Positions 26,467 to 39,602 of a stretch of DNA of 64,000 nucleotides are shown piece by piece. Below the pieces are notes generated by a model, which was given only the letters and a program-made list of their open reading frames with translations, was not told where the DNA came from and did no database searches. The number at the start of each line of letters is the position of its first letter. Positions within the stretch are counted from its first letter, which is position 1. This stretch comes from Octopus sinensis (Eukaryota), in the NCBI RefSeq assembly GCF_006345805.1, contig NC_042997.1:92504001-92568000 (forward strand), given 5' to 3'. Position numbers and translations under genes: made by a program.

Positions 26467-27008
26467 TGGATCTTTACCTTTTGACCGGCAGATTTAGAAA
26501 ATAATTTTTTATAACTAAACACTTTCAAACTTCGTATACTGGCAGAATGTGTCATAAGAAACATCTTTTACTCTTAGCGTTTTTGAGAAAAGTTTATGTT
26601 TACGAAGTTATTTCACGTTAAAGTTGTCGTATTTCGGTAATTTCAACCAATCGTGTATTCAGCTGAATAAAATTACTGCCGTTGTTTGTCAACAACAACA
26701 ATCAGCGGTGTATTATATTTCGTTTGTCACTGTTATTTATGACATCGTTCGTGCGTTTGTAGTGGTTTTAGCTGTAAGGTTTTAGGGTTAGGGTTAGGGT
26801 TAGGGTTTTAGGGCTAGGGTTTTAGGGTTAGGGTTTTAGGGTTAGGGTTTTAGGGCTAGGGTTAGGGTCTTAGGGTTAGGGCTTTAGAGTTAGGGTTAGG
26901 GTTTCAGAGTTAGGATTAGGGGTTTAGGGCTAGGGTTAAGGTTTTAGAGTTAGGGTTAGGGTTTTAGGGTTAGTGTTAGGGTTAAAGTTTTCTAACGGTA
27001 AAGATCCC
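26467..27008. mobile_element. 542-bp MITE-like element containing a TTAGGG-like array
   Basis: TIRs tggatctttacc (26467-26478) and ggtaaagatccc (26997-27008), with AATATT on both flanks. Confidence 0.7.
26777..26985 (+). repeat. Interstitial degenerate telomere-like array (TTAGGG/TTTTAGGG/CTAGGG)
   Basis: Direct reading. Confidence 0.9.
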
Positions 27009-28145
27009 AATATTTCCTTTGCTACCCATTTTAAAATAAGAATCTTTAAGATGGACAAAAGAAACCAATGGTTTAGCGTTTCATTGTGTCGAAGAAATAA
27101 ACGAATGTTACACTCATTTGATCTCCTTTACAAATCTAAAATCCATGTTCATCCGTCGGAGCGATGACTGATGACTTCTGCGATGAGAGTGTTTAAAAGG
27201 AAGAAGAGTTGCACGCTATCAGCTCACTCTCCTGTCCGTAACCATCTTCAATCCAGTGGCAAGACCAGATCAAGACAACTTGGAATAGAGATAGATGCAA
27301 TGAATGACCCAGATGTCTTGCCTCATCTTGCTTTGCACTTCAAAAGACATTACTGCTGCCATTTTCTCCTCCGGTGAACCGTTTCTTCTTCAAATTCCAC
27401 CGGATCCTGTCTTTACATGTATAGGTAGTCAAACCCTAATATATTAATTATTTCATAGCTGGGACCCGGAGAAGTGCTACTGCTCTAGGTCAGAGTATAC
27501 CAGCGAAAAATGGTGGCTAAGGAGTGGTTTCACACTCTTCAAAAGCCTGGAATTCCTGAACCAGGGCCCTACTACTGGATGTTGTTTAAAATCATACTTA
27601 GGATCTAACATGATGTATGATACAATGACATACAGCACAAAACCAAAAATACTGCAGGAAGGATGTAGTTGTTTAAAAGACCCCAGAACTGCCGTTTCTG
27701 CTAATCCATGATGATAATAATGATAGAGATGGTGGTGGTGGTGGTGGTGGTGATGATGATGATGATGACGATGATGAACAATGACAACGATGACGACGAC
27801 GTTGATGATGATGTAGAAAATAAATATTTCGATTTAATGAGAGCCACAAAGAAAGTAAGATTAGAAGCAAAAACTAGACGCAATTTTCATTTTGTATTGA
27901 AGCAATTCCACCACTGAACCCACCACCACTCACATCGCTGTTAATAACTGGGGCAAAAACGTGAACGCCATACATGCGGCACGTGTGTTTTCTTTCTCAC
28001 CTTAAGAAATCTTAAGTGTGAACTTAAGATAACCCTTGGCTCTTGTCAACTGTTTATAAATATGGCTCATATTTCCGTTTCATTCTTGTTGACACCATTA
28101 CCTTGAATTCAATCACACATTATCTTATGTCATTTTATCATCATT

Positions 28146-28190
<45 letters not shown>

Positions 28191-28365
28191 GTCATCATCA
28201 TCAACATCATCATCATCAATATCTTCGTCGTTGTCGTCGTCCATGTAATGATAATGATAATAATGGTAGTTATGTTTGAATATTCTCATCTTTATTGCCA
28301 TTATCATCATCATAATCTTGATGATAATGGTAATGTTTCTCATCATCATTATAATCGTGATTAGT

Positions 28366-28525
28366 TCGGTGGATTGATAGAATCGTTAGAACGTCGGGCA
28401 AATATCTTGCGTTATTTCTTTCGGTTCTTTTCGTTCCAAGTTCAAATCCTTCTGAAGCCGATTTGGCCTTTCATCTTTCCGTGGTCAAGTACTGGGGTAG
28501 ATTTGATCGATTAACCCCTCACACC
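28366..28525 (+). mobile_element. Degenerate SINE family A
   Basis: gaatcgttagaacgtcgggc...agttcaaatcc...gcctttcatctttcc...agtactggggt. Confidence 0.6.
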
Positions 28526-30749
28526 AAACATTTAGCTTTGCACTTATGTTATAAGATTATTGTTATAATCTTAATCAGGACATTAATAATTATGAGGATT
28601 ATCATGAAGACGTCAGGGATAATGATGATGATGACCATCATCATTTTCGATATAATGTGATTTTCTTTAGCCACTCTGGAAGAGATTGCATGGGTCTACA
28701 GAACTGTATCTTTAACTGCATTTCAACTATACGTTATCTTATCAGAAAAGGTCAACATTTTTATATTTTGTTGTAACTATTTCCTCCCAACTTTTCTCTT
28801 GATCAAGCTATCAAAAGGTAGGGCACTTGTGTTAGCCAATGTAATCGCTTGACAAATAGATAAGTCCAAAGTTTGATCAGGTGCTGTCGTATTTTCTATC
28901 GAGTTGTCTTTGAAAAATCATTTTAAAATCACTAGAATCAGAAACGACATTCTTAAGTAGCTGTGGTGAGGTAACTGATATGAAAACCAAATATCCGGAT
29001 ATGAAAGCCGAAGACAGTGAGCAAATAAAGGTGTATTAATTAATCAAAACAGTATCTGTGGGTCGTGATGGACGCTGCAAGACAGCAGAGTGATGTTGCT
29101 TTCTCTAAGTTCTAGGTCAATCCTCATCGATCAGACATACGGTCAAAGACATTCCAGACTTGACAACCCAGAATTATAAGAAAATTACAAAAGCATGATC
29201 TAATACATCCTCTTTTTAAGGCAATGGCATGTGATATAAGAAGCATATGGTTGCTATTTCTAGCAAGTCTAGAAGTCCTCCTTGTTGGTCACGAGTCTTT
29301 AATGCAATTTTATTCTACTGTTAAGTAATTTAACTTCACTTATGCTTCTAATTAGTTTAGAAATAGTATCGTTCTCACAACTTCCCAATTATATTTTTGC
29401 CTAAAAATATGTTTTTTTTACCTCATCGAAATATATTAATATCTATTAAATATATCAAGAAAACTCTTGCAAAAAGAGAATGATAGCAGATACAATCTTA
29501 ATACATTCTGAATTAAGACTCGTCAGAGAAAAACGAATGTGCAGTGGATTAGTGATGATCTTACGAGGTTGACTCAGCGATGAGGTTTCCATTCTCAGTT
29601 AAAGGCAAAAATCCTTTTACTACGGAGACAAATGAATTTGGTAACTCAATTTGACCTTTAATCATAAAACCTTCGTATGCAGTCAGAAGAATCCATTATT
29701 TGTAAGTGGAGAAATAGCTGTAGGATTAATAGAGAAATAAATATACTAATCTGGATATTTTAACGTTATCTCGTTTTGGGTTCAAATCACACCAGGTCCG
29801 ATTTTTGGCGAACAAGAATAATTTTGTTCGAATTAGGGTATCGTATGTATTGTATGTACAGGGTATCACTATATCAATTCTAACTTATTCATTGATATTT
29901 AGTTCCAATGTTTTCTGAGGAGCTGGAATGCAAAACCAAAAAGAGCGCGATTTATACCTAAAAAAAAAGAAATACAAGAAATATAAGTAGTCCCACGCCT
30001 ATATTACTTATAAGATATATCAACTAAATCTCCAACAAATCGTAATCTGCCGTCTTAAAAAAAGGAAGGAGGCATACATTTAGGATAACTTAGTCATGGA
30101 TTCGTTATTGCTTAAACAAAATCCAAATGATCATACTTTGAACACCTCTAAAACAGTGTTGACTAAAGGCTAAACAACAATCTCATTCTTGTTTAACTTT
30201 TGTCATGCTTTTTTCTATTATCTTGTGTTAATTTCTGAATCATTTTAAGGATATAATCTTTAGATAACGGGCGTGTTAAGATGAACATACTATACAGGCG
30301 TATTGCTTTCATTCGTCGTAACTCACATTATAGATATAAATTTTGATAAGTATGTCATAACATTTAACTAAAAAGAGAGTAGACTCTGTTGAATCTATCG
30401 TATTATCTTGTATTCTTATCTAGGCAGAACGTTCATTTTCAAGATTAGGCATCTGGTGATGGTCGGAGGTCATCGCTGTTAACTACCGTAGTAAGCTATT
30501 GCTGCTTTATGGTTTCCATTCCTTGGTCAATTCTCTGTCGATTCTCTGTCGAGTTCGGCGACGGATATCCAGGTTTTGTTCATTTTTATTTCAACGTATT
30601 TGACTTTTGTCTTCGTACTTATCAAGTTTCTTTTATCATTTGTATTGATTATTTCATATCCCAAATGCATGGGGATCTCATTCCAAACATTTACCAATGT
30701 CGTACTTTCCCAGCTCTTGATTTCAGTTAGCAATTGTTTTCGTAAAAAA

Positions 30750-31788
30750 TTATTTTGTAACTTTATTTCTTTTTTTTTATTTTAAGGGGAGGGGTTGGGA
30801 GTTTTGGGACACATGTGAGTGAATGAAAGTTTTTTCCATGTCGGCCGGAATAGAGGGAGGACCGGTGGTTAGAGGGGAAGGGTGTGGAAAAGTGAGCTTG
30901 GGTGGGCGCGGGGTTGGACTCATCACTGCCAGTTTGTGTCCTCCTCTTTTTCTTTTTCTTTTCTATTTTTTCCTATCTTTCTTTGTCCTTTGATGTTGTC
31001 TCTATGTTGGTTTCTGATGGAGGCGGAGGTGTGGTTTCCTTTTTGTTGGTGAAGGGCAGTCAACCTTAATGTGGCTTGAATTAATAACTTGAGTCCTTGC
31101 CCCTGCCAGTTTTTATGGGCCGTGCACGTGGCTTGGAGGACCACCTGTTTCTCCTACAAGCCCAACAGGATCACGTCTAGCAACCAGGCTGCATTTAACT
31201 CTGGGTGTATACCCTCCACTTCATCCTGGAAGTACGCCTTCCCAGGTAGGTTGGTAGGAGCACTATCTCCTTCGTTTTCAGCGGGGTTAGAGTGCAGCCT
31301 GGCGGTTGCTGCATCCCTGAACCACACCTCCACCATGCCGTACTTTCTGCCTCTATTAATGTGCATTATTTCGCCCCATATGGGCTTCAGTGCGCTTTCA
31401 ATTTGACTTTGAGTCATTATTTCTATTTTTTGACTCTCTGTCCAAAGCGCTCGAAATACAATTAATTTCTCCTTTTGACTTAACATGACATCTTGGGGCG
31501 GGGACACATTTACATTACTTCCATCCTTTTTCAATAGTTCATTAAACCTTCCAATCTGGTTCAAATTAATATTTATCTGGTGGCTTTTAGCTGCCTTTGA
31601 AAAATTCCTCTTGTCTGTTTTCAATTGCTCTAAGGAGTTCCTCTTCTGAGGAGGAATACTCAGAAGAGCTCATGCTTATAGGACATCATTGAAGCGCAAA
31701 ATGATTCAGCCGCAAAACAGCAATATAAGTGTTCAACAATGCAATACATTAACAAAATAAAACACAATTTTAACAATTTTCACTGACC
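30750..31788 (-). mobile_element. ORF1-only (HAL1-like) non-autonomous L1/Tx1 relative
   Basis: ORF1 relic (VEVWF, VVLQATCTAHKNWQGQGLKLLIQA, SHIKVDC) homologous to ORF1 of 32087-37038. No ORF2, A-rich tail, 12-bp TSD tttcgtaaaaaa at 30738-30749 and 31789-31800. Confidence 0.75.
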
Positions 31789-32336
31789 TTTCGTAAAAAA
31801 GACGACCGACACCAGCAGGTATGTTAACGATTCTGTTAGCTCACCGCTTTCATAGTTTCTTTTAATATTAACATAAAGCTCTATAATATCTATTTCTTTT
31901 TTTCTCTATTTCTTTACTACCCACAAGGGGCTAAACACAGGAGACAAACAAGAACAGAAAGACGGATTACGTCGATTATATCGACCCTAGTGCGTAACTG
32001 GTACTTAATTTATCGACCCCGAAAGGATGAAAGGCAAAGACGACCTCGGCGGAATTTGAACTCAGAACGTAATGGCAGGCGAAATATGAATTTCTTTATT
32101 GCCCACCGGGGGCCAAACATAGATATGGACAGTACAACTGATGGGATCAGTGAATCGATATGATTTTACATAAATGTGACATCAAAAATAAAATACAATA
32201 CATAAAAATCGAATGGAATACACAGTACAAAAACAATACAAATGAAGCGATGATCAAGTTACGCTCCGATCCACAAGCCCCGATCTACCGCTGATACCTT
32301 TTTATTTTTCCTTTTTTTTTTTTTTTCCTCGTCTAT

Positions 32337-35300
32337 TCACACGGTTCCTTGCACGCACAACACTCGGGCAACATACTTCCATCTCTTTTGGAACGTACAC
32401 TCTGACAGACACCTCTTCTCCAGCCACATTTTCCTTTTCAAATGAAAAGAAAAAAAGGATCGTAAATTGTCACCAGAGATAAAGTTGCCTGTCTTAATTC
32501 CTTTTATCCTAGTCTTCCATACAGCCTCTTTTGCTATTGCTACAACCGTGAGAAAACAATTCTTACCTTCGTTCGTTAGAACTCCCGGTGGGTCAATTTT
32601 TATAATTGACTCAGTCGACAGCCGTACTCTTCCTTCGCCGGACAACAGATGTTCAGCATAAGCCCACATTTCAGTTATCTCCGGACACTGAACAATAGCG
32701 TGAGGGACGGTTTCCCTGTCCCCCCCGCATCTTGGACAGGTCGGCGACTGACGTTTACCATGTCTTGCGAGCTTATCCCAAACGGGCAAGGCACCTCTGT
32801 AGCATTGCCAGGTTAAGGACTTTTGGAAGTTGTCCAACGTTCTCAACTCGAATGTACGATGAAACAAGCTGTCCAGTTGAATAAATCCGAGACCTAGAGT
32901 CGACCCCAGGCCATCGTCGCATTCAGACTCTACCAACCCACTATATAAAATCCGTGTGGAACCCCCACCGCTGGCGTTGCCCGAGCGCTGGAACAGCAAG
33001 AGGGCCTTACGGCACTCTTTATGCCACTCACTCGACCTCGGTCTACGAGAACACCAGGCTTCCTGTTCGCAAAAACTCTTGAACTCAGGGAACATTTGTC
33101 TGGCCAGCGGAGACCAGAGAATCCAGAGGTGCATCAACCTCAACGCATGTCTGCGCATCATTAACCAAGGCATCCCTAAACCTCCATTTAAAGGCTTTTG
33201 ACAGCAGACAGAGCGTTTCACAAGTGGCGACCTGCCCTTCCATAAAAAGCGAAAGAGCTGTCTCTCCAACCTGATCAACCACGAATCCGGACAGGGCACG
33301 ACGGTCAGGCGGTAGGTAATGACCGATGCGATAAACACATTGGCCACTTCCGCCCTCCCTTTCAGGGATAGCCACCGCCAAGACCAGGTCTTGACTACTG
33401 CAGCCACCCTGCTCAATACCTCCGTCCAGTTCTTCTCTATCTGGAGGCCTGGTCCAAACCAGACTCCCAGCAACTTAACCGATCCCTCCGTCCAGCGCCT
33501 AACAACACTGTCTGAAGGCATCGACTTGCCAACCAGGTGCCGAGCTGCAAGCCGACCGACTTTTCCCGGTTAATCTTTGCTCCTGCTACCTCCTCGTAAG
33601 CCTCAATAGTCTTACCTACTTCACGTAGGCGTGCCACTGTGGTTACACTGGTAGTGATATCATCCGCGAAAGCCGTAACAAACTCCTCTAGTCCTGGTTC
33701 TCTCGGGATGCCACTCAACCTTTGCAGTAATGGCTCGAGAGCCATCACATACAAAAGTGGTGAAAGCGGACATCCTTGACGAACCGAGCGTCTGATGCAG
33801 AACGGCTTCGAAAGGAAACCGTTCACCCGAACTATCGAGTCAATGTTGTGGTACAAAGCGATAAACCACCCGAGGAAGCCAAGGCCCAGGCCAAACCGCG
33901 CAAGTACAGTCGCTAGGTATCGATGGTCAACCCTATCAAAAGCTTTAGACTGGTCCAAATGCACCAATGCCCCACCTTTGCCAGATTTATTACCAAACCT
34001 CTCTATGGTAAAGCGAATAAGATGGAGGGTATTCTGAATGGTTCTGCCTGGGATGGCACATGTCTGTGCCTCCCCGACTATACCATTCGCGACACGCGCC
34101 AACCTTTTTGCTAGGACCTTGGCCAAAATCTTCACTTCTGCGTTTAACAGAGTGATGGGCCTGAAATTCTCTAGAACGTCCCCCTTGTCCGGGTCCTTTC
34201 TGACCAACGTCACTACTCCCCGGCGCACAGATCTGGGGATAAACCCATTCTGTTTCCAGTTTGCGTACACGTCAGTCAGTAGTTGCCCGAACAAGTCTGG
34301 CATACATTTATACAGCTCGTACGGAAGACCATCAAGTCCCGGTGACTTACCCGCTTTACAATCGGCCAAAGCCTCCATCACCTCCTCAGGTGTGATTGGC
34401 CCTTCGCAAGACTCCGCATCCGACCCCGAGAGGCACGGCAGCCCGGTAAGAAAGTCCTCGAGGGCTCTCCCACCACCAGGACCGCCGTCACCCCCGAACA
34501 GCTGGGCGAAGTACTCCCGAAAGACCTCACACATTTTCTCGGGTTCGTTTATCAAGACACCATTTTGATTCGTCAAAGACCGAATAGAGGAACTATTTCC
34601 TTGCCGAGCTTCCACCACTCGGGCCCATCCAGCGGCTTTGATTCCTTCACTTCCCATTGCACGTAACTTAGCTCTGGTAATACTTCCCATGTGGTGGGCT
34701 TCAAGATGCTGGTTTAACTCCAGTCTTTTCACCCTCGCTTGGTCTGTATTACCAGTCCTCTAGGCTTCTTCTAGTTCCTTAACTAGACCATCTCCTATTT
34801 TACGTCCCTTCTTAGCTAAACTTATGCTAAACCTTATAGACTCATATTTGATGGCTCTTTTTAGGGCGTACCACCATTTGTTATTAATGATGGTACCTGT
34901 TAATGCCCTCTGTATTAACATCTTGATCCGCTTTCTGTACTCCTCAATCGCCAAAAGGGACTATTGAGTTTCCAGTAGCCAGATCCCTGTCTATGCAACT
35001 TATCTACCGTCAGTTTACAGGTAACCACCTTGTGGTCACTGTAGCTGACTAGAAAAAACTGTGGACACTCAACTATGGACTTATCTTTTTCTCTAATTAA
35101 AATCCTATCTAGATATGTTCTGGTAGACCCGTCACTATTTGACCACGTCCACTGTGGAGTGTTCGGGTGCTCCAACCTATATGGATCTGCTAGCTGAAAT
35201 TGACTTAGCAGATCCCGAAAGCCTGTGTTACATTTTCTGTTCATGTTCGAGTTTGAGCCAACACAATCTGTGTGTGCTGCACATATTGTATTAGAGTCTC

Positions 35301-35725
35301 CTAATACTACTAGTGAATGCGACGTGGCTAGGAACTTTCCTAGGCCACGAAAATATTCAGTTTGCGGGCCAATAATGTTTGGTGCATAAATAGCGACCGC
35401 CTGATTGTCTTGCCACACAACTGAATGTCAAGTCGAGAACGACCAGCCTGCCTTCTGGGTCAGAAAAAACCAACTTTTTCTCGGCTACCCTGTTTCTTTT
35501 TAGTAGGACCAACACCCCACCCCCACCTCCCGCCCGACTCGGAGAAACGTATTTCTCGTAGCCGTTCAGGAGGGGGAGCAGATCTCTTGGCCCCTTCACC
35601 CGGGTTTCCGTTGCAACAATTACATCCAAATTTCTCGACCTGATGTCATTCAGAAAGCGTCCTTGCTTCCAGCTTGACAACAGGCCATGAACATTTAAAC
35701 AACCAATGTGAAGTGTATACGGCTA
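32337..35725 (-). pseudogene. LINE ORF2: APE endonuclease, reverse transcriptase, C-terminal zinc finger (3-4 disruptions)
   Basis: GCLNVHGL...ATETRV, VLGDSN and YSDHKVV (APE); KSPGLDG, NFRPITLLN, LDQSKAFDRVDH, SVRQGCPLSPLLY and AFADD (RT); CPRCGGDRETVPHAIVQC. Confidence 0.92.
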
Positions 35726-36857
35726 TTATGCCTTTTTCTTCTTTTTCTCTTCTGGCAGTCTTTTTTGGTCGTTGTTCTGTAGTAGTCGCCGCTCTCGGCT
35801 GGGTTGCTGGTTGTATTTTTCTTTTGTTTGTTGTTTTTTTCTCATCTGTTTCTTCTTTATCTTCTTCCTCTTTGTCTTTTTCTCCTCTTCCTCCTCTTCT
35901 TCATTTTCCTTGCAGTTCCTTCGAATGTGGCCTAATGACCACATAAAAAACATCGAGGTTTTCGGCCCTCAACAAAACCACGAGGTTCTCCTCCCCTACC
36001 TCAATTGTCTCAGGAATTGTTTGAATTATTTTAGTGTCCGCTTGAATGAGAAGATTAATTGTTTGACCATCCCAGCGTGGGTTTTCCGTAGCGGTAGCCT
36101 GGAGGAGAGTAATTTTTTCTACCTCTTTGATTAGGACTGCCGCCAACAACCAATAGGTTCGACCTCTGGCGGGACCCTTGTAATTTTTATTCGCGACGTC
36201 CTCATCCCCATATAATAGGGTATTAACTCCACGTCGTTCGTTTTCAACGTTTCAACTGAGTTCTTGTGTGCTATTTCTTTATTGGTGAACCTTACTTCCA
36301 CCGTTCTGAATTTTTTCCTCTTCTCAGAAATACTACGTCGCCCAATATTGGCTTTAAGCACTTTTCTATTTTCTCTTCTGACATTCTTTCAATTTTCTTT
36401 TTGTAGACAATATGTTTTGAAAATTATTGTTTTTTGCTTTTCTCCTGTAATAACTTTTGCGGAGGTTCAATTTTCACACCGTTGTCAGTTATTTCCATCA
36501 TTTTGCTGTATTTCATAATTTCGCTTTTATTCGTCGACAGTATCTGGGTTCCACCCCCAGCAGCCAACGCAAAACTTTTTTTTCCATTTTTTGGTTCTAT
36601 CTGGATGCTAGGCACATCAATTATTCTCTTCGACACAATGCCTTTGTTCTCTGGCAAAGTCGGAAACTCTTCTGGTGAAAGTTCTGACGAGCTCTCAGAC
36701 ACATCTCCAAAAATATCAAATATATTATCCTCTCTGCTATTCCTTCTTGTAGCGGGGGAAACCCCTATTTCCTTGTCTGTAGTGGCTCCTCGCCGGACAT
36801 GTATTTCCTCCTCTCAACAGGAGAAACAAGTATTTCTGCTCCAACGGTAGGCTCCAT
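35726..36857 (-). pseudogene. LINE ORF1 (gag-like, CX2CX4HX4C knuckle), frameshifted
   Basis: CFLCG-LGHIRRNC across a 1-nt indel near 35940; basic/acidic tail; RTVEVRF motif. Confidence 0.75.
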
Positions 36858-37346
36858 GCTAGACGACATTCTTCCCCCCCCAAAGGGGGAATGAACAACG
36901 CGTGCTACCACAAGCACTAAATGTTTTCAATTGAAAACTCCAACAGTTAAGTTATTCAACAGTTTAACAAGAAACAACAGTTGTTAACAATATTAACACC
37001 ACGAAACAGCAATTCTTACTTCACGAACACATGTGCAACAGACGAAATACGGCTACGCATTTCGCCCGGCGTGCTAACGTTTCTGCCAGCTCGCCGCCCT
37101 GTAAAGCTCTATAATATAATAGCAGGGTTGATGTAAATGGGAAATTATGTCATTCATATATTTTTATCGTAATTGTAGCGTAAGAGAATTAAGACAATAT
37201 CCATTGGGAAAATGAGAGAAATTTGAATATTAATGGAATAGCAGGAACAGAAAAGTGTCAGATAAAATACCTTGTAATATTTAGTTACATTCATTTACTT
37301 ACCGAGTCATTCATCCGGACTTGACAAAGTAAACAGCTGTTAAATA

Positions 37347-37465
37347 CAGGGCGTCTTATAATGATGGGACATATTTCAGTGCAAGAACTGGGACTAAAAC
37401 AAACGCATTAATTACAGCTAGAAACGTTACAAGTAAAATGTGTCCCATCATTATGAGATACCCTA
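37347..37465. mobile_element. Tc1/mariner-type MITE
   Basis: TA|cagggcgtcttataatgatgggacatat ... atgtgtcccatcattatgagataccct(a)|TA. Confidence 0.65.
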
Positions 37466-39570
37466 TACCTGGAGTGATTAAATCGATTGTTATATCACCA
37501 CACATTACATGCTGGTTTATGATAATGGTAGAAATCAATACAAAGGAGATTTGGAGTTAAGGTTTATGGCTTTGTGGACTATTATATATAATACGTATTT
37601 TATTCATATGATTCGATAAATATTATGTGCATATTCTGTATTTATTAAGTTAGCGGTCCGTTTCTGAAAGCCTCTCCTCCATATTATATTTTGTATACAG
37701 TAGAAGCAAACAAAACATTCATCAGTTATGCAGTTCTCCAACTGCTCCCGACAGTGAAATGACTGTACTATTTGTGCATCAACTGGGTCAGCAAGATTGA
37801 AATATATTGGCCAGACACGTAGCAAAAGGTTGTTACAAGAAAAGGAAATTGGTTTCACATTGAATTAGCCGTTATGGTTCTGAAAGATATTTCCAAAGTT
37901 TCCCACGAGTTAATAAAGACAATTGTTTAGATATGATTTCATAGCATTAGTGAAGGGGGAATACTTTTTCCTTTCGGATAGAATGTTTGCCTACCGTAGG
38001 AGATCTGGCATCTCTTAGTAAAATAAGCATACTGAATCTTGGAATATTTGGCGGTACGAAATCATCCAGGAATCGAAACCGGATTGCTAAGTTCCAACAA
38101 ACAGGATTTCATTAGAGATTGATGACATCAGCAGACAATTGACCAGTCTAATCTCTGGCAGAAATCCCTGTCTCTTTGCTAGCTGCCACTGGTGTTCACA
38201 GCTGACTGGCTTAAAACGTGTGAACACCAGTGGCAGCTGTGAACACCGCTGAATGACGACGGCGACACAGCTTAAACTATCTAGCTGTTAAAATCACACG
38301 ACGACGGCTGCTGTTGCTTTCAACTGTAACAAAACCTTATGCAAATTGTGAACTTTTAATTTGGTAGAAGCATTCTTCTGTCGTTGGTCGTAACGGCAAT
38401 ACATAATTTTGTTTAACCATACAATAAGTACTTTTGCATTTCAAATCTCAAACGGAATCCGTGTTCTTACATTAATCAATATCACCTTTACTCAACCAAA
38501 TCCTTCTACTGTTGACAATCCAATACAGACATATTTTATTGTAACAATGCACTATTCAAATCTGCACGACGTATCTGCAACAATCCTCGAACAGATTTAG
38601 CTGGCTATCTAATGCACACTCCATTCGACTTTTACACCACAGTTGCGACTTTGGTGCTTTAAATTGTATGCTTATCTGCTTCTGACGAGTATTGCGTTAG
38701 GCTGCTCGTACCTTTCGAAATTGTTTAGTATCTGTTTCAATCAGATTCGTCACTTTTCTTCTATGCGTCCTGTTTGTTGAACGCCTTTGTCGTTCAACTG
38801 GTGTTCCTACCAGTTCTTTTTCTTGGCATAACATAGCCGATATATATTTATCCCTTTGTAGGACAACCGGGAAGTTTGACTGCAGTTTCTACCTTGCTTT
38901 GAGACCTCACAGAGGTGAAGAGTAGGTGTGGCAACATCTTTCGAGAAACGGGCAGCATGAGACATGGATCCTCATCAGGCAAGCCGCAATACTTAAAAAG
39001 CTCAGAGTAATTTTTCATCAGGTATGCCATTCAGCAAGTCTCGCGGTCCGCAGTTTGTCCTTGATTGATGTATATGTCTCTTCGTTGATTATTGAGCTGG
39101 TGTTACTCAACAAACACAATAAATATCGCATAGTAGACAAAACCTCGAGTCCCATGTATAATAGACAAAGTTGAATTCTATGACCTTTGTAAAGAAGCTA
39201 TTTGCGCGCAAGATATTGACCTCTAAATAATTTCAGAATATAAATTCTAATATCTCTAATAATTAGTACTTCTTTTTCGTCGCTTCCTTTAAACCACACA
39301 AATTTAGTACAATACATTGTATGACTTTATACCGGTTTAAGACAAAGAATAGTGCAAACGGACGAACGGAAACGAAACTACGAAAGAAAAGAAGAAATTC
39401 ACTAGGAAAGAAAGGAATGGGTTTTGTGTTACTACAGACAGTTTGATAACTTCCCACCACTTGAAAGATATGCACACACACACACACACACACATATATA
39501 TGTATGTAAATATGCATATATGTATGTATATTTAAATAGGAATATGTCTTTGTATACGTATATATATGTA

Positions 39571-39602
<32 letters not shown>

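Larger units (their letters stand above)
32087..37038 (-). mobile_element. Full-length L1/Tx1-clade LINE, frameshifted
   Basis: ORF1 plus ORF2 (APE, RT, C-terminal CCHC); 11-bp TSD cagRcgaaata at 32076-32086 and 37039-37049. Confidence 0.92.
31890..37099 (-). mobile_element. SINE family A split by the nested LINE
   Basis: Head 37099-37039, body and tail 32086-31890; 16-bp TSD taaagctctataatat at 31874-31889 and 37102-37117. Confidence 0.9.

Noticed and set aside
26777-26985. TTAGGG array as a chromosome end or fusion scar
   Set aside because: It is short, degenerate, single-orientation and enclosed by TIRs, with ordinary sequence on both sides.
28671-28817. Possible 147-bp exon (ttttctttag|...|GTAGGG) with an open frame
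   Set aside because: The peptide is unrecognisable and such a frame is expected by chance in 64 kb.
38682-38730. CUGACGA...GAAA as a hammerhead
   Set aside because: The core bases sit in a competing hairpin, and there is no stem I/III or cleavage triplet.
38856-39170. Possible solo LTR
   Set aside because: No second copy, PBS, PPT or TSD could be identified.
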